This document shows, piece by piece, positions 1 through 9,382 of a stretch of 64,000 nt of DNA. A program made the position numbers and the translations under genes. Below the pieces are notes generated by a model. The model saw only the letters and a program-made list of their open reading frames with translations, was not told the DNA's origin and searched no databases. This DNA comes from a virus (Duplodnaviria; Caudoviricetes), in the IMG/VR virus record IMGVR_UViG_3300027708_000013. One strand, written 5' to 3'. Each line of letters starts with the position of its first letter. The first letter of the stretch is position 1.

Positions 1-406
1 TGTGTGTTAGATTTTTATTTATTGAAACAATATTTACTACTTTGCCATCCTGGAAATTAAGCACATATTTCCCTTGATCCAAAACGACTAAATTGTAAGT
101 GTGTTGTGTGTTGACATCATTATATACCTGTATTTCTGATTGCAAATCAGATCCGTGTTGCGTAAAGTATATAGTATACAACATTCCAGCCGCTCGAGCA
201 AGATCACAGTAGTAATTTTCCGCAATCAACTCCCAAGGCGTGGGCCAAGCATCGGGGTAGTCTGGGTCCAAATAAAAAGGACAAAAAGGACAACTGTGCC
301 AAAAATCACTCACACTTTGCAGTGCCTGATCCACAGGCAAGGCGTCTAGAGTTTTTCTGAATGCTTTCCAATGAGCAGTCCGCTCACTGGCTGGTAATTT
401 CCACAT
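1..406 (-). CDS. Conserved phage hypothetical protein, runs off the window start
   Basis: Manual translation from ATG at 406: MWKLPASERTAHWKAFRK...WPTPWELIAENYYCDLARAAGMLYTIYFT; no stop before position 1, so absent from the ORF track. Confidence 0.75.
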   Translation of the reverse strand, partial: MWKLPASERTAHWKAFRKTLDALPVDQALQSVSDFWHSCPFCPFYLDPDYPDAWPTPWELIAENYYCDLARAAGMLYTIYFTQHGSDLQSEIQVYNDVNTQHTYNLVVLDQGKYVLNFQDGKVVNIVSINKNLTH

Positions 407-409
407 GAA

Positions 410-961
410 TTATCGTACAGTGTTTATTTGATACAGCATGTTTGTTGCTGTGGTTGTGGTATAATACAGGTTGGCTTGAGTGGAATTGGCATTGGCTGAA
501 AATACAATATCCGTAGCAGCAGTTTGGTTATAATCTTCATCGTAGGCAATGGTACTGCCTGATGCAAGTCTTGATAAATGAATAGCACCCGAGCGTTGCA
601 CACTGCCCTGTGTCAAGGTATAATTAATTGTGGCATTGTTGCTGGTAACAGTGGTGAGTTGACCCGATGACGCAGCAGATAATGCCACAGACACTGTGGA
701 GCCAAGTTGTCCCTGGATTGAAGCTACATTGCTTTGTAAGCCTGCAACGTTACTTTGTATGGCGGCAATGTTGGCTGACCCGCCAGTGGTCATTATTTGT
801 GTTCGTCCACCGGGAAGCGGGGCTCCTTCGCTGGCAGTTCCGTTGCCGATCCATAATTCATTTGTGTCGGTACTCCAACCAAATTCGCCTGAACTTAAAG
901 TTGGGAGGTCTTGACTGAGTCCCCTGCGTATCTGAATGCGACTTATTTGAGTTATTGCCAT
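410..961 (-). CDS. Virion structural protein with Mtd_N/hyaluronidase-like N-terminus
   Basis: N-terminal IQIRRG...LPTLSSGEFGWSTDTNELWIGNG motif; Ser/Thr/Ala-rich body; late motif CTAAATA upstream. Confidence 0.6.
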   Translation of the reverse strand: MAITQISRIQIRRGLSQDLPTLSSGEFGWSTDTNELWIGNGTASEGAPLPGGRTQIMTTGGSANIAAIQSNVAGLQSNVASIQGQLGSTVSVALSAASSGQLTTVTSNNATINYTLTQGSVQRSGAIHLSRLASGSTIAYDEDYNQTAATDIVFSANANSTQANLYYTTTTATNMLYQINTVR

Positions 962-990
962 ACTTAAATATTCCTAGTTGTATCTAGTAT

Positions 991-1701
991 TTAGTTTGTG
1001 AGATAATATAGCTCAACTCTCTTGTTCCATTGATCAGCATAGTGATCAAATTCTGCACCTTCCAGTACAAATTCTTGATAAACTGGGGTATTGTACACAC
1101 CTGGTGTAATTTCTTTTGGTTGCACACACATCATAACAACACCTTTACGAATGTTGGTTCCGTGTGTTGCATTGTGAGCTTGAGCATAGGCCGTTAATTG
1201 TATAAAATAGTCGTCAATATACTCACGTTTTTTAAGTTTGTTGCTTTGTTTGTAATCCATAATGGCAGGCTCACCACCATGCACTCCCACTGAGTCAGTT
1301 GTGCCGGCATATAATCCACTGTAGTACACCGGTACTTCCACTCCCCATACTTCATTGATGGCGGCAAATCCGTCTAGGATTACCTGTGCTGCCATTAGCC
1401 AGCTGGGCATGGCAAAAGGATTGGTGGGCGGGTCACGCATGTCTCCGGTTTTGACATAGTGTTCTAGATAGGTGTGCATCCTTGTGCCCCTATTGGCAGC
1501 CTCTGTGGTGATTTGTTGGGCACGTTCCACACCTATGCTTCGTCTCCAGCGATCCAGTGCATCACGACTTTCTTGACTTTTTGTTCGATCCAAGATTGAT
1601 GTTACACTGGCAACTTTAGATCCGTCGGGTAAACAGTAGTGTCTTTTTCCATCTATGGTTTCACGGCTCAGGGGTTCATAATTGTATCGGGATATTAGCA
1701 T
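991..1701 (-). CDS. PD-(D/E)XK exonuclease (Cas4/MGME1-like phage family)
   Basis: SVTSIL, GTRMH, EVPV...AGTTD...IMDYK and QLTAY motifs. Confidence 0.8.
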   Translation of the reverse strand: MLISRYNYEPLSRETIDGKRHYCLPDGSKVASVTSILDRTKSQESRDALDRWRRSIGVERAQQITTEAANRGTRMHTYLEHYVKTGDMRDPPTNPFAMPSWLMAAQVILDGFAAINEVWGVEVPVYYSGLYAGTTDSVGVHGGEPAIMDYKQSNKLKKREYIDDYFIQLTAYAQAHNATHGTNIRKGVVMMCVQPKEITPGVYNTPVYQEFVLEGAEFDHYADQWNKRVELYYLTN

Positions 1702-1717
1702 TGGTTAAATAATTGTT

Positions 1718-2782
1718 ATGGGCACTGTTATTACTGTGTCAAACTCGCAGAGATCTGAGTTTGATTTTTCCGTTCTTGAAATTAACTCTAAGTATAACAT
1801 ACTTATTCACTGTGTCTACGACCCTGTCAACCACTTTGATGAGGAATTCGCTTTTTTACATGACGCTGCACTAGATCACAACACGTTGGTGATACTGTGG
1901 CATGCTGTGGAGCAGGGCTGGTGGGAACAGGCATGGATAGAAAAGCTCAGTAGTATTGTGGCTTCTGCCCCATATAAATTAGTACTGTTGACTGGTAGAA
2001 GTCATCGGCTCAATATCAACAAACGATATCCACATCAATTTGATATTAAATTTTTTCCAGTGTTTGACATACGATCGCAGAGCATATTTTCAGTTAATGA
2101 TATCCCAGGACCACAACCGATCAATACTGTTAAATCTAAAAAATTCATGTGTATCAATGCCAAAGATGCTGCTCATAGAAAATATATATTAGGCACATTG
2201 ATGAAACATGGTCTCTTAGGTCAAGGCACTGTGAGCTATCAAGGTAGACCGGGTCTACAAACTGAATTTGAATCCATGCATGGATTTACCGCAGATCAAT
2301 TAGAACATGTCAAACAGATAAGTGATCCTGTGTTACCTATACAGCTGGACCACAGTGATTGGGCTGGTTCATTGTCAAGAACTCTTTTTTTAGACAGTTA
2401 CATAAACATTGTGGGAGAAACACACTTTATTAATTTGCCACGTGACAGTAATGCCAGTTTTGTGACAGAAAAAACATTTAATGCCATTATCAACAATCAA
2501 ATGTTTATCATTGTTGGACATGCAGGTAGTTTGGAACTACTACGGCATTTGGGATATCGCACATTTGACGGGGTTATTGATGAAAGTTACGACACCGTGC
2601 TGGAAAATAATCTTCGGTTAGAAATGGTGGCCAAGGAAATTGTAAGATTTCTCTCTAGGTCCATTGAAGAAATTCAACAGGACTATGTTCAAGTACAGGC
2701 CGCGATACAACACAACAGAGACCTGTTGTACAGTCAAAGTTTGCAAACCAGATTACAACAATTAGTCAACCAATTCGGTTAG
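1718..2782 (+). CDS. Hypothetical protein, possibly glycosyltransferase-like
   Basis: C-terminal NIVGETHF...FVTEKTFNAI...GYRTFDGVIDESYD block of the kind seen in phage GT-like proteins. Confidence 0.45.
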   Translation: MGTVITVSNSQRSEFDFSVLEINSKYNILIHCVYDPVNHFDEEFAFLHDAALDHNTLVILWHAVEQGWWEQAWIEKLSSIVASAPYKLVLLTGRSHRLNINKRYPHQFDIKFFPVFDIRSQSIFSVNDIPGPQPINTVKSKKFMCINAKDAAHRKYILGTLMKHGLLGQGTVSYQGRPGLQTEFESMHGFTADQLEHVKQISDPVLPIQLDHSDWAGSLSRTLFLDSYINIVGETHFINLPRDSNASFVTEKTFNAIINNQMFIIVGHAGSLELLRHLGYRTFDGVIDESYDTVLENNLRLEMVAKEIVRFLSRSIEEIQQDYVQVQAAIQHNRDLLYSQSLQTRLQQLVNQFG

Positions 2783-2787
2783 TGCAT

Positions 2788-3108
2788 TTATACTCTAAAA
2801 CTTTCCCCGCAACCGCAACGGTCACGTTCTTGAGGATTATTGAATTCAAAACCTTCATTTAAACCTTGACGTACATAGTCTACTAATAGCCCATCTAGTA
2901 TCGGAAGATCTCGTGGATCCAACACAATTTTAAAACCGTCAGACTCAAATATTAAATCAGCGGGCAAGGTGGCGTCTACATATTCCAACACATAGGCCAG
3001 TCCTGAACAACCTGTGGTTCTTACTCCAAGTCTTATACCTATGCCTTGACCTCTGCGATCAAGATTGGTGGCAATCTTACTAGCGGCTCGGGGTGTAACA
3101 TGTATCAT
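2788..3108 (-). CDS. iscA: A-type Fe-S carrier IscA/HesB
   Basis: TTGCSGLAY and C-terminal CGCGESF cysteine motifs. Confidence 0.93.
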   Translation of the reverse strand: MIHVTPRAASKIATNLDRRGQGIGIRLGVRTTGCSGLAYVLEYVDATLPADLIFESDGFKIVLDPRDLPILDGLLVDYVRQGLNEGFEFNNPQERDRCGCGESFRV

Positions 3109-3479
3109 TGTTTGTTTTTATAGTCTGCTATTGCGGCTCTTATGGAATCTTCAGCCAAAATCGAACAATGAATCTTGACTGGTGGCAATGCCAACTCTTG
3201 GGCAATTTGTGCGTTGTCTATCTCCAAGGCCTGATCTAAAGTTTTACCTTTGACCCATTCTGTAACCAGACTGCTTGACGCAATGGCTGAACCACAACCA
3301 TAGGTCTTGAACTTTGCATCTGTAATGATGCCATCTATTACTCGAATCTGTAGACGCATTACATCACCACATGCAGGAGCTCCAGTGAGTCCTGTTCCCA
3401 CTGCAGGGTCATTTTTATCAAGTGAGCCAACATTTCTTGGATTTTCGTAATGATCCAGCAACTGTGGTGAATATGCCAT
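3105..3479 (-). CDS. iscU: Fe-S scaffold IscU (start revised to ATG at 3479)
   Basis: YSPQLLDHYENPRNVG, GAPACGDVMRLQI, GCGSAIASSS, LPPVKIHC. Confidence 0.93.
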   Translation of the reverse strand: MAYSPQLLDHYENPRNVGSLDKNDPAVGTGLTGAPACGDVMRLQIRVIDGIITDAKFKTYGCGSAIASSSLVTEWVKGKTLDQALEIDNAQIAQELALPPVKIHCSILAEDSIRAAIADYKNKQ

Positions 3480-3610
3480 TATTGAATACCTTCTGTGTGT
3501 TTGTGTTTTAAGGACTTTTTGAGAGCTTTGAGCCAAAGTTCTTTTTCCTTGGCTTTGTTGTGATCAAAGCAGGCTTGAAGCAACTTTTTGGCTATTTTTT
3601 TAACCTTCAT
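3479..3610 (-). CDS. Small Lys-rich hypothetical protein (43 aa)
   Basis: Manual translation MKVKKIAKKLLQACFDHNKAKEKELWLKALKKSLKHKHTEGIQ; stop overlaps the iscU start (TAATG). Confidence 0.6.
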   Translation of the reverse strand: MKVKKIAKKLLQACFDHNKAKEKELWLKALKKSLKHKHTEGIQ

Positions 3611-3654
3611 GATGTTGGTTCTCCGGGGTAGTGTACTGCTTGATTATAACAGAA

Positions 3655-4074
3655 TTAACCGCGTTTGCCTAGAGCACGGTTGGCCATACTGGATACTGTT
3701 TTTTCAGGTGCTGTTTTAACAGCTTCACCCTCTTCACCAGGTACCTCAACATCGCTGTCAACAGGATTGATGAAAACATACTTTTGCCCATTTTCATCGT
3801 CTTTGATATTGGCAACAATGCTTTTTACTGCTTCGTTGTGTTGTTTGGCTTTTTGCAGTGTTTCCAATGTGAATGCTTCTGCGCCAGGTTTACTGCGTAC
3901 CAGGTTGATCAGTGCTTCCACAGATATTTTTGGCACTGTGGCATGATCACTGCTGTACTGTAATTCTCTCAGTGTGTCAATCAATGCATCATTGGCCGCA
4001 TGGTCGGCGTCATCTTCAACAAAACCGGCTAGGCCATCTTCATTTAATCGACGGGCAAATTCTGTAAATCGCAT
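3655..4074 (-). CDS. Hypothetical acidic protein, putative head/internal
   Basis: ORF track; coupled to upstream gene; MRFTEF...LNE N-terminus. Confidence 0.65.
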   Translation of the reverse strand: MRFTEFARRLNEDGLAGFVEDDADHAANDALIDTLRELQYSSDHATVPKISVEALINLVRSKPGAEAFTLETLQKAKQHNEAVKSIVANIKDDENGQKYVFINPVDSDVEVPGEEGEAVKTAPEKTVSSMANRALGKRG

Positions 4075-4766
4075 TAACGCTTTTCTCTGCCAAGTTCTTC
4101 TGGTCCACCAACTGCTGCATCAGTGCCATCAAATCCATCGCCCTCTGGAGCCGGAGCTTCTGGAGCAGGAGCCATACCCGAGTCAGGAGCCGGGGCACCC
4201 ATACCAGTGTCCATACCACCCATGCTCATGTCCGGAGCAGCTTCGCCAGTCAATGCACGGGCAGCACCGTCGGCCTGTTCACGACCAGTGCTGAGTTGTT
4301 GCCATAATTGTTGTAACAAAGGAGTAACTGTGCCTTTGAAACTTTCGGCCTGCTGTTCGCCAATTTGATCACGAATTGTATCTACCAAGGCCGGTAACTG
4401 CTCGTTTTGCATTTTACCAATTTTTTCCAACATGTCCTGTATCGAGTCAACCATGTCTTTGGCAGCTAATGTAGCTTCGGCCTTGGCCATTTCGCTTTCA
4501 CGCAACAGTACATGGCGATTTTCCACCATCCAGCGATTTAAACTTTCACGAACCATCAACAGTTCCATGTATTTGGGATTCTTTTCAGCTGTGTGTACAC
4601 CGTGTGTACGCTTGACAGCATTCAAGCTCTCTGTGATGCCGGTGGCCAATCGATAGGCTTTTGTAAATGTTAAACTGTCGTAGTCAATTTTGAAGCCAAA
4701 TCTGCTTTCAACTACTTGATTAATTCGTTTAGCTCTTGGCTGGTTGCTCATTTCTGATAATTTCAT
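4074..4766 (-). CDS. Hypothetical protein, putative scaffold/internal head protein
   Basis: Coiled-coil middle, acidic Pro/Gly/Ala tail; late motif CTAAATA upstream. Confidence 0.6.
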   Translation of the reverse strand: MKLSEMSNQPRAKRINQVVESRFGFKIDYDSLTFTKAYRLATGITESLNAVKRTHGVHTAEKNPKYMELLMVRESLNRWMVENRHVLLRESEMAKAEATLAAKDMVDSIQDMLEKIGKMQNEQLPALVDTIRDQIGEQQAESFKGTVTPLLQQLWQQLSTGREQADGAARALTGEAAPDMSMGGMDTGMGAPAPDSGMAPAPEAPAPEGDGFDGTDAAVGGPEELGREKR

Positions 4767-4826
4767 GGTTTATTTTTTCCCAAACTTATGTAGTATTTAG
4801 TCGGTTAGTGTAAATCTTTCATTCTT

Positions 4827-5360
4827 TTATTGTTGCCAAATTTTTAAGTTTTTGGCTTGCAGAATATGTTTATTTAACTCTGTTTGCGATATTTGCAATC
4901 TTAATCTTGCATCTGCTAGCCTGGCACTCCATATACTTATGCCATCCAGCCGGGAGTTTTTTCTTGCACGGTCTAGACTGGCTTCATAGTGCGTGACATC
5001 GTTTTTTAATCTCAACACGTCAGTGTCGGCATCTCGTATTCTTGCAGCTATACTGCCAAGTCTCACATGTTCACATAAACAATAAAAAATAGCCGATTGC
5101 TTGCTGTCAAACACATGTATTCTATCTTGATTTCTTGTGGTCAATTCCCAATATCCCAATTGGGGGACCACGTGAAAACCACCAATTTGATAGCCACCTT
5201 GAGGCAAGGGCCATATCAGTGGTACGTTTTTATTGTTGTTTAAGCGGGAAAATTCTCGTTGTGTCCATGCGGATATGTATTGTGCGGCAGCCGCAATAGC
5301 CTGATCAACTTGTTGTTTTGTGGGCTTGACTTCTTGGTTTTCGATAGGTAATACGTCCAT
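4827..5360 (-). CDS. Hypothetical protein
   Basis: ORF track; co-oriented in the late operon. Confidence 0.6.
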   Translation of the reverse strand: MDVLPIENQEVKPTKQQVDQAIAAAAQYISAWTQREFSRLNNNKNVPLIWPLPQGGYQIGGFHVVPQLGYWELTTRNQDRIHVFDSKQSAIFYCLCEHVRLGSIAARIRDADTDVLRLKNDVTHYEASLDRARKNSRLDGISIWSARLADARLRLQISQTELNKHILQAKNLKIWQQ

Positions 5361-5535
5361 TTTCTTGAATTCTCAATAACACATCTTTGTTGACCAAACT
5401 GTTGGCAATTAATTGTTGTCTTGGATCCAATGCAGATTTATGTAATGTTTCTGTATCTGCAAATTGATCTAACAACTCTGCCTCCTCGTTGGTTATAGGT
5501 AGACTAATGTTATTTAAGAGTTCTACTATACGCAT
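5305..5535 (-). CDS. Hypothetical protein
   Basis: ORF track, MRIVELL start. Confidence 0.55.
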   Translation of the reverse strand: MRIVELLNNISLPITNEEAELLDQFADTETLHKSALDPRQQLIANSLVNKDVLLRIQENGRITYRKPRSQAHKTTS

Positions 5536-5538
5536 AAA

Positions 5539-5799
5539 TTATTTAAATGCCGAGTGGATCAGTACACCCAATATAGCAGTGAGCAGTATACCAAAAACAC
5601 TGGTTCCAATGGTGATAATAGTTTTATTACTTTCATTGTTGCCACTGCGGATACTGTCTTTGATATCCACTATATGACCTTCTAATTTATCCATGCGTGT
5701 TTCAAGATTGGAAAGTTTTGTATCCAAGTTGCTATACCTTTCAGCACATAGTTCTACATGGGCTTCAAGGCTCTTTTTTTCTATACCAGTTGAGGACAT
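5539..5799 (-). CDS. Coiled-coil protein with one C-terminal TM helix (holin/XhlA-like)
   Basis: Heptad LDTKLSNLETRMDKLE then hydrophobic IITIGTSVFGILLTAILGVLI. Confidence 0.5.
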   Translation of the reverse strand: MSSTGIEKKSLEAHVELCAERYSNLDTKLSNLETRMDKLEGHIVDIKDSIRSGNNESNKTIITIGTSVFGILLTAILGVLIHSAFK

Positions 5800-5886
5800 A
5801 AGTGTCTCTTCGCTTTCTTCAGGTTAAGCGATGCGTTGATAGTGCCTGTGTGTGCCTTGATAGTGAGCCTTAATGGTGCCATAACA

Positions 5887-6324
5887 TCAATATATATTTA
5901 TGTTACGGTAGCCAGATTTAAAGTAAATGTTTTTGATTCCGCCATGAGGATAAAAGATTGGCAGCATGAATCTTGCAGTTTCGTCTAGACCCGACACCAC
6001 CGGAACTTGTTCAAACAATTCTTCAAGCAGTGCTGTGGGGCTATTGTATTTTGCAAAAGCAGTGGCATGTTCAATGGCAAATAACCAGGACCACACACGA
6101 TGTTCACCGGAGAAAAATTCTCCAAATTCAACGTATTCCATGGGTACTATGACAGACTCGGGTTCTATCAGTTCCACCGGCTGTGCTCTGAGGCCAATCA
6201 CCTGTAGCACTGTTTCCCAATTACGTTGTTGATCACGACGGTGTTGATCATACCCGCGAGTTTCTCCTGTGGCTGTGATATCTACCAAGGTAAATCCTGT
6301 AAAGTATTCCAGTTGTGTTTGCAT
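5887..6324 (-). CDS. Conserved phage hypothetical protein (start revised to 6324)
   Basis: MQTQLEYFTGFTLVDITATG...QQRNWETVLQVIGLRAQP. Confidence 0.6.
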   Translation of the reverse strand: MQTQLEYFTGFTLVDITATGETRGYDQHRRDQQRNWETVLQVIGLRAQPVELIEPESVIVPMEYVEFGEFFSGEHRVWSWLFAIEHATAFAKYNSPTALLEELFEQVPVVSGLDETARFMLPIFYPHGGIKNIYFKSGYRNINIY

Positions 6325-6358
6325 ACAAGTACTTATTAACGCTGAGATTTGCGGCCAC

Positions 6359-6383
6359 AAAAAAAGCACCGAAGTGCTTTTTT
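6359..6383. terminator. Bidirectional intrinsic terminator
   Basis: A7-GCAC-CGAA-GTGC-T6 just downstream of 6410..6832. Confidence 0.7.
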
Positions 6384-6409
6384 GTTATAACGGTTAAAAT
6401 ATCCAGCTA

Positions 6410-6832
6410 TTACGCTAATTTCAAACCACCAGTACTTGTAACTGCTGTTAATGTACCAACAGTAACGTTACTTGTAGCACCAATGTTGCCACTGGTTGCT
6501 GCTGTCCACTGACCTGAACCAGTTTGGATAGCTGTTTGTAATGTAGCATCAGTCCAGCTTGAACGCTCAACTAAAACGCTTAACTGTTGTGCTGTATCAA
6601 CTTGATACGCTAAAACTGAAGCATTACCTTCAACTTGACGTAAAATTGTTTCTACTGCGCCACCAACTGCTAATTCAGCTGCTAAGTTACCGCCGAAGCC
6701 TGTAGTGATTTTATATGCTGTCAATGGTGCTGCGATACCTGTGTTGATGATGGTTGCATTAGCAAATGCACGACCTGTGTCAACTTGTCTTGAACCGGCT
6801 GAATCGCCGTTAACTCTTGTGAAAACTGCCAT
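6410..6832 (-). CDS. Putative highly expressed virion structural protein
   Basis: Ala/Thr/Gly-rich; own late motif (CATAAATA), AAGGAG RBS and terminator. Confidence 0.55.
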   Translation of the reverse strand: MAVFTRVNGDSAGSRQVDTGRAFANATIINTGIAAPLTAYKITTGFGGNLAAELAVGGAVETILRQVEGNASVLAYQVDTAQQLSVLVERSSWTDATLQTAIQTGSGQWTAATSGNIGATSNVTVGTLTAVTSTGGLKLA

Positions 6833-6899
6833 TTTAATTCTCCTTGTTGTTAATGAGCTGTTACGCTACATGCAAATATTTATGACTGTCAGCAAAAAT

Positions 6900-7994
6900 T
6901 TACAATCTTCCTTGAACATTTGCTGTGGAGAAAGCACTACGATCCACTAGTTTTATAAACCCACTGGCTGTGTCTATATTAAATCCTTCGCCTTTGGGTT
7001 GTCCGCCCACGGATTGCTCGATGTCTGGTACTTGACTATCTAATTGAGTCAATATGGCCAGTTTTAATTGCGTTACAGCCATGTAAACTTTGTGTAAATC
7101 TTCCAATATAGTTTTATTTTCTTCTGCGTTTACTATTTCAAACTGTGGACGGGTCAATTTACTTTGTATCCATGCACCATCCACTTCTTGTCCAGTAGCT
7201 TTGCGATTGTAGTATTGTTGTAATCGATCTTTTGAGGATTGAGTCAAGCTGCTTAAAAATGCATCACCACCTGCGGCAACAAATTTAGCCACAGCACGTT
7301 CAGCGGCTTTTTTTGCTGCGGTGGGTTCTTTCATCTTAAAGGCAGTGCCCATGTTGCCTGTGAACACTGTGATGTATTGATTGGTGCCAGCTAATCCGCC
7401 AAGTCCTGGCAACGTTTGACGACCTACTAAAGGACTGCTTTTAGACTTTTCTATATCAGTGCCGTAGCTGTGTACTGCCAATCCAACACTTCGGCCAGCT
7501 ATGTTTTTGCCAATGGGACTGTTAGCAACAACACTGTATGTAACACCATGTGGATTTGGTTTGAATACAAACTTGCCATCCACAGGTTCTAACGGCTCAC
7601 TCCACATGAGGTCACCTTGTACAAATCCTGCAAAGCCAGCAGGACATATACTGCCCACAGCATTAAACACTGATGCTAGTTTTTGTCCTACTTCCATGTT
7701 CTTGCCATGACCTTGATAAAACTTTAATAACTCTTCCGCACTGGTAACTTGTCCGCCTGGTTCGCCAATGTACTCTTTGTAGTTCATTGTGAATCGACCA
7801 TCCGCGGTTCTACGGCCAAATATAATGGCCGGCGATCCGTCCCATTTAATTGTAACAGTTTCGGGCTGTTTTACAGCACCTGTCATGCCGGCAATGGCAT
7901 CCAGTGCCGCCTTGCTACCTGCAAATATAAAATCCTCCGGATGCGGTGTTCTGGTACCTTCTGCTAACATGGTGATAAATTCTAATAAAATCAT
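6900..7994 (-). CDS. DUF6267-like protein with a ligase-type KxDG motif
   Basis: HPED and TIKWDGSPAIIFG, VQGDLMW, FKPNPHGVTY, GEGF motifs. Confidence 0.55.
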   Translation of the reverse strand: MILLEFITMLAEGTRTPHPEDFIFAGSKAALDAIAGMTGAVKQPETVTIKWDGSPAIIFGRRTADGRFTMNYKEYIGEPGGQVTSAEELLKFYQGHGKNMEVGQKLASVFNAVGSICPAGFAGFVQGDLMWSEPLEPVDGKFVFKPNPHGVTYSVVANSPIGKNIAGRSVGLAVHSYGTDIEKSKSSPLVGRQTLPGLGGLAGTNQYITVFTGNMGTAFKMKEPTAAKKAAERAVAKFVAAGGDAFLSSLTQSSKDRLQQYYNRKATGQEVDGAWIQSKLTRPQFEIVNAEENKTILEDLHKVYMAVTQLKLAILTQLDSQVPDIEQSVGGQPKGEGFNIDTASGFIKLVDRSAFSTANVQGRL

Positions 7995-9382
7995 TGGAAA
8001 TATCCTTTGACCATGTCCAGTCCTTGTTGTATTTTTTCTCTATCACTATTGGCTCTTGCTACAGCAGCCGGTGTCGAGGCTTTATCACGCTTCTTACCAG
8101 CAATATCTATCTGTGCTTTTTCTTCGTAACGTTGCCAAAACCGGTTGATAAAATCTTGTGCATCAGCAAAGTTGGCAAAGTCGCCTTGTCCAAACATTCC
8201 GTTTGATTCACAGCTTTTAGCAAATCCTTTGACGCCATTCACCAGTCGACTTATTTTAACATTGTTGATGTCATTGCCGGGAAACTGTTTCAGCATTGGG
8301 TCAATCTTGGGATTGTCAATTCCCAACTGTTTTGCTTGATAAACAAATGTATCTAATATAAAAGTAGCAGGTTCTGTGGTCACAGTGACAACTTCTGTGC
8401 CTTTTTGTTTACTAAACGGCACATGTTGCCCGTCCACCACTTTTAACTGCACACCAGCGTGTTGAATACTTAGATCAAGTAGTTCGCCCAACACACTGAA
8501 CATGTTGCCGGTCAGCAGGCCTTTGACTCCACGCTCAGGAGTTACACGGGCGGCACCCCACTTTTCCAAACGTTCCGGGTGCCACATGAAATCTATTTGT
8601 ACAAAATCATTGGCGCCAATTTGGAATGTAGGGTGTCCTGGTTTTTCGCCAACTTCAACATAACTTAATCCTGTGTTAATGAAGTCATCGGCCAACTTGT
8701 TCCAATATGTTGTAAACTGTGTATAGCCTTGACCTGCGGCTTCTGGTGCAATCATTTGTAAATCAATGTCGCCATAGACTTTTTCTGGATCTTCAATGGT
8801 GTCTTGTTCGTGGTAAGCACTGGAACCTGTGGGACGTCCACGACGTATTTGGCCCACTTGTGCAGCATACTTGGCATTAAACTCAGCAACAAAACGATCC
8901 ACCACCTTGAGTGCTACTGCTACAATCCTGGGGTGTAGCACAGTGCCCTGTGTTTTAATCGAGTCCCATCCACCTTCCTGAATCGGCTCCCATGTCATGG
9001 GCTTGGCACCGCGGGCAATGGGCTTGAATCCATGTCTTTTATACAATCTAGTCAATGAGGCTGAACTTATTCTGCCGTGGCTCCAGGGATACAGTGTCAA
9101 TCTAATGTTGGATTCCTGTGCCTGTCGTTGCAGTTCCCGTATGGCTCTACTGCCCACACCTTGACGTTGTTCGGGTCCAGCCATGATCCAGTCTATTTCC
9201 ACTGTGCGGGCATCGGCACCGGGTTTGAGTTTGAATGCAGCAAAAGTTTGTTCTTCGCCTGACCCCCACACCATGACTCGATCTGCTTGGCCGTAGGGCC
9301 ATTCGGGATATCGACTGTACACTTGGTCAATACAAGACTGTGCAGGCGAAATTGATTCAACGATGACTTCACGTATTTTCAT
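7991..9382 (-). CDS. Fusion of an N-terminal GNAT acetyltransferase and a Pol-beta-like nucleotidyltransferase domain
   Basis: QRQGVGSRAI acetyl-CoA motif and LYKRHGF; later PTGSS...YGDIDL...VQIDF. Confidence 0.55.
   Translation of the reverse strand: MKIREVIVESISPAQSCIDQVYSRYPEWPYGQADRVMVWGSGEEQTFAAFKLKPGADARTVEIDWIMAGPEQRQGVGSRAIRELQRQAQESNIRLTLYPWSHGRISSASLTRLYKRHGFKPIARGAKPMTWEPIQEGGWDSIKTQGTVLHPRIVAVALKVVDRFVAEFNAKYAAQVGQIRRGRPTGSSAYHEQDTIEDPEKVYGDIDLQMIAPEAAGQGYTQFTTYWNKLADDFINTGLSYVEVGEKPGHPTFQIGANDFVQIDFMWHPERLEKWGAARVTPERGVKGLLTGNMFSVLGELLDLSIQHAGVQLKVVDGQHVPFSKQKGTEVVTVTTEPATFILDTFVYQAKQLGIDNPKIDPMLKQFPGNDINNVKISRLVNGVKGFAKSCESNGMFGQGDFANFADAQDFINRFWQRYEEKAQIDIAGKKRDKASTPAAVARANSDREKIQQGLDMVKGYFQ

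Noticed and set aside
991-1701. CRISPR-Cas system suggested by the Cas4-like nuclease
   Set aside because: No repeat-spacer array or other cas genes; recurring sequences at 53-56.6 kb are tRNA T-arms.
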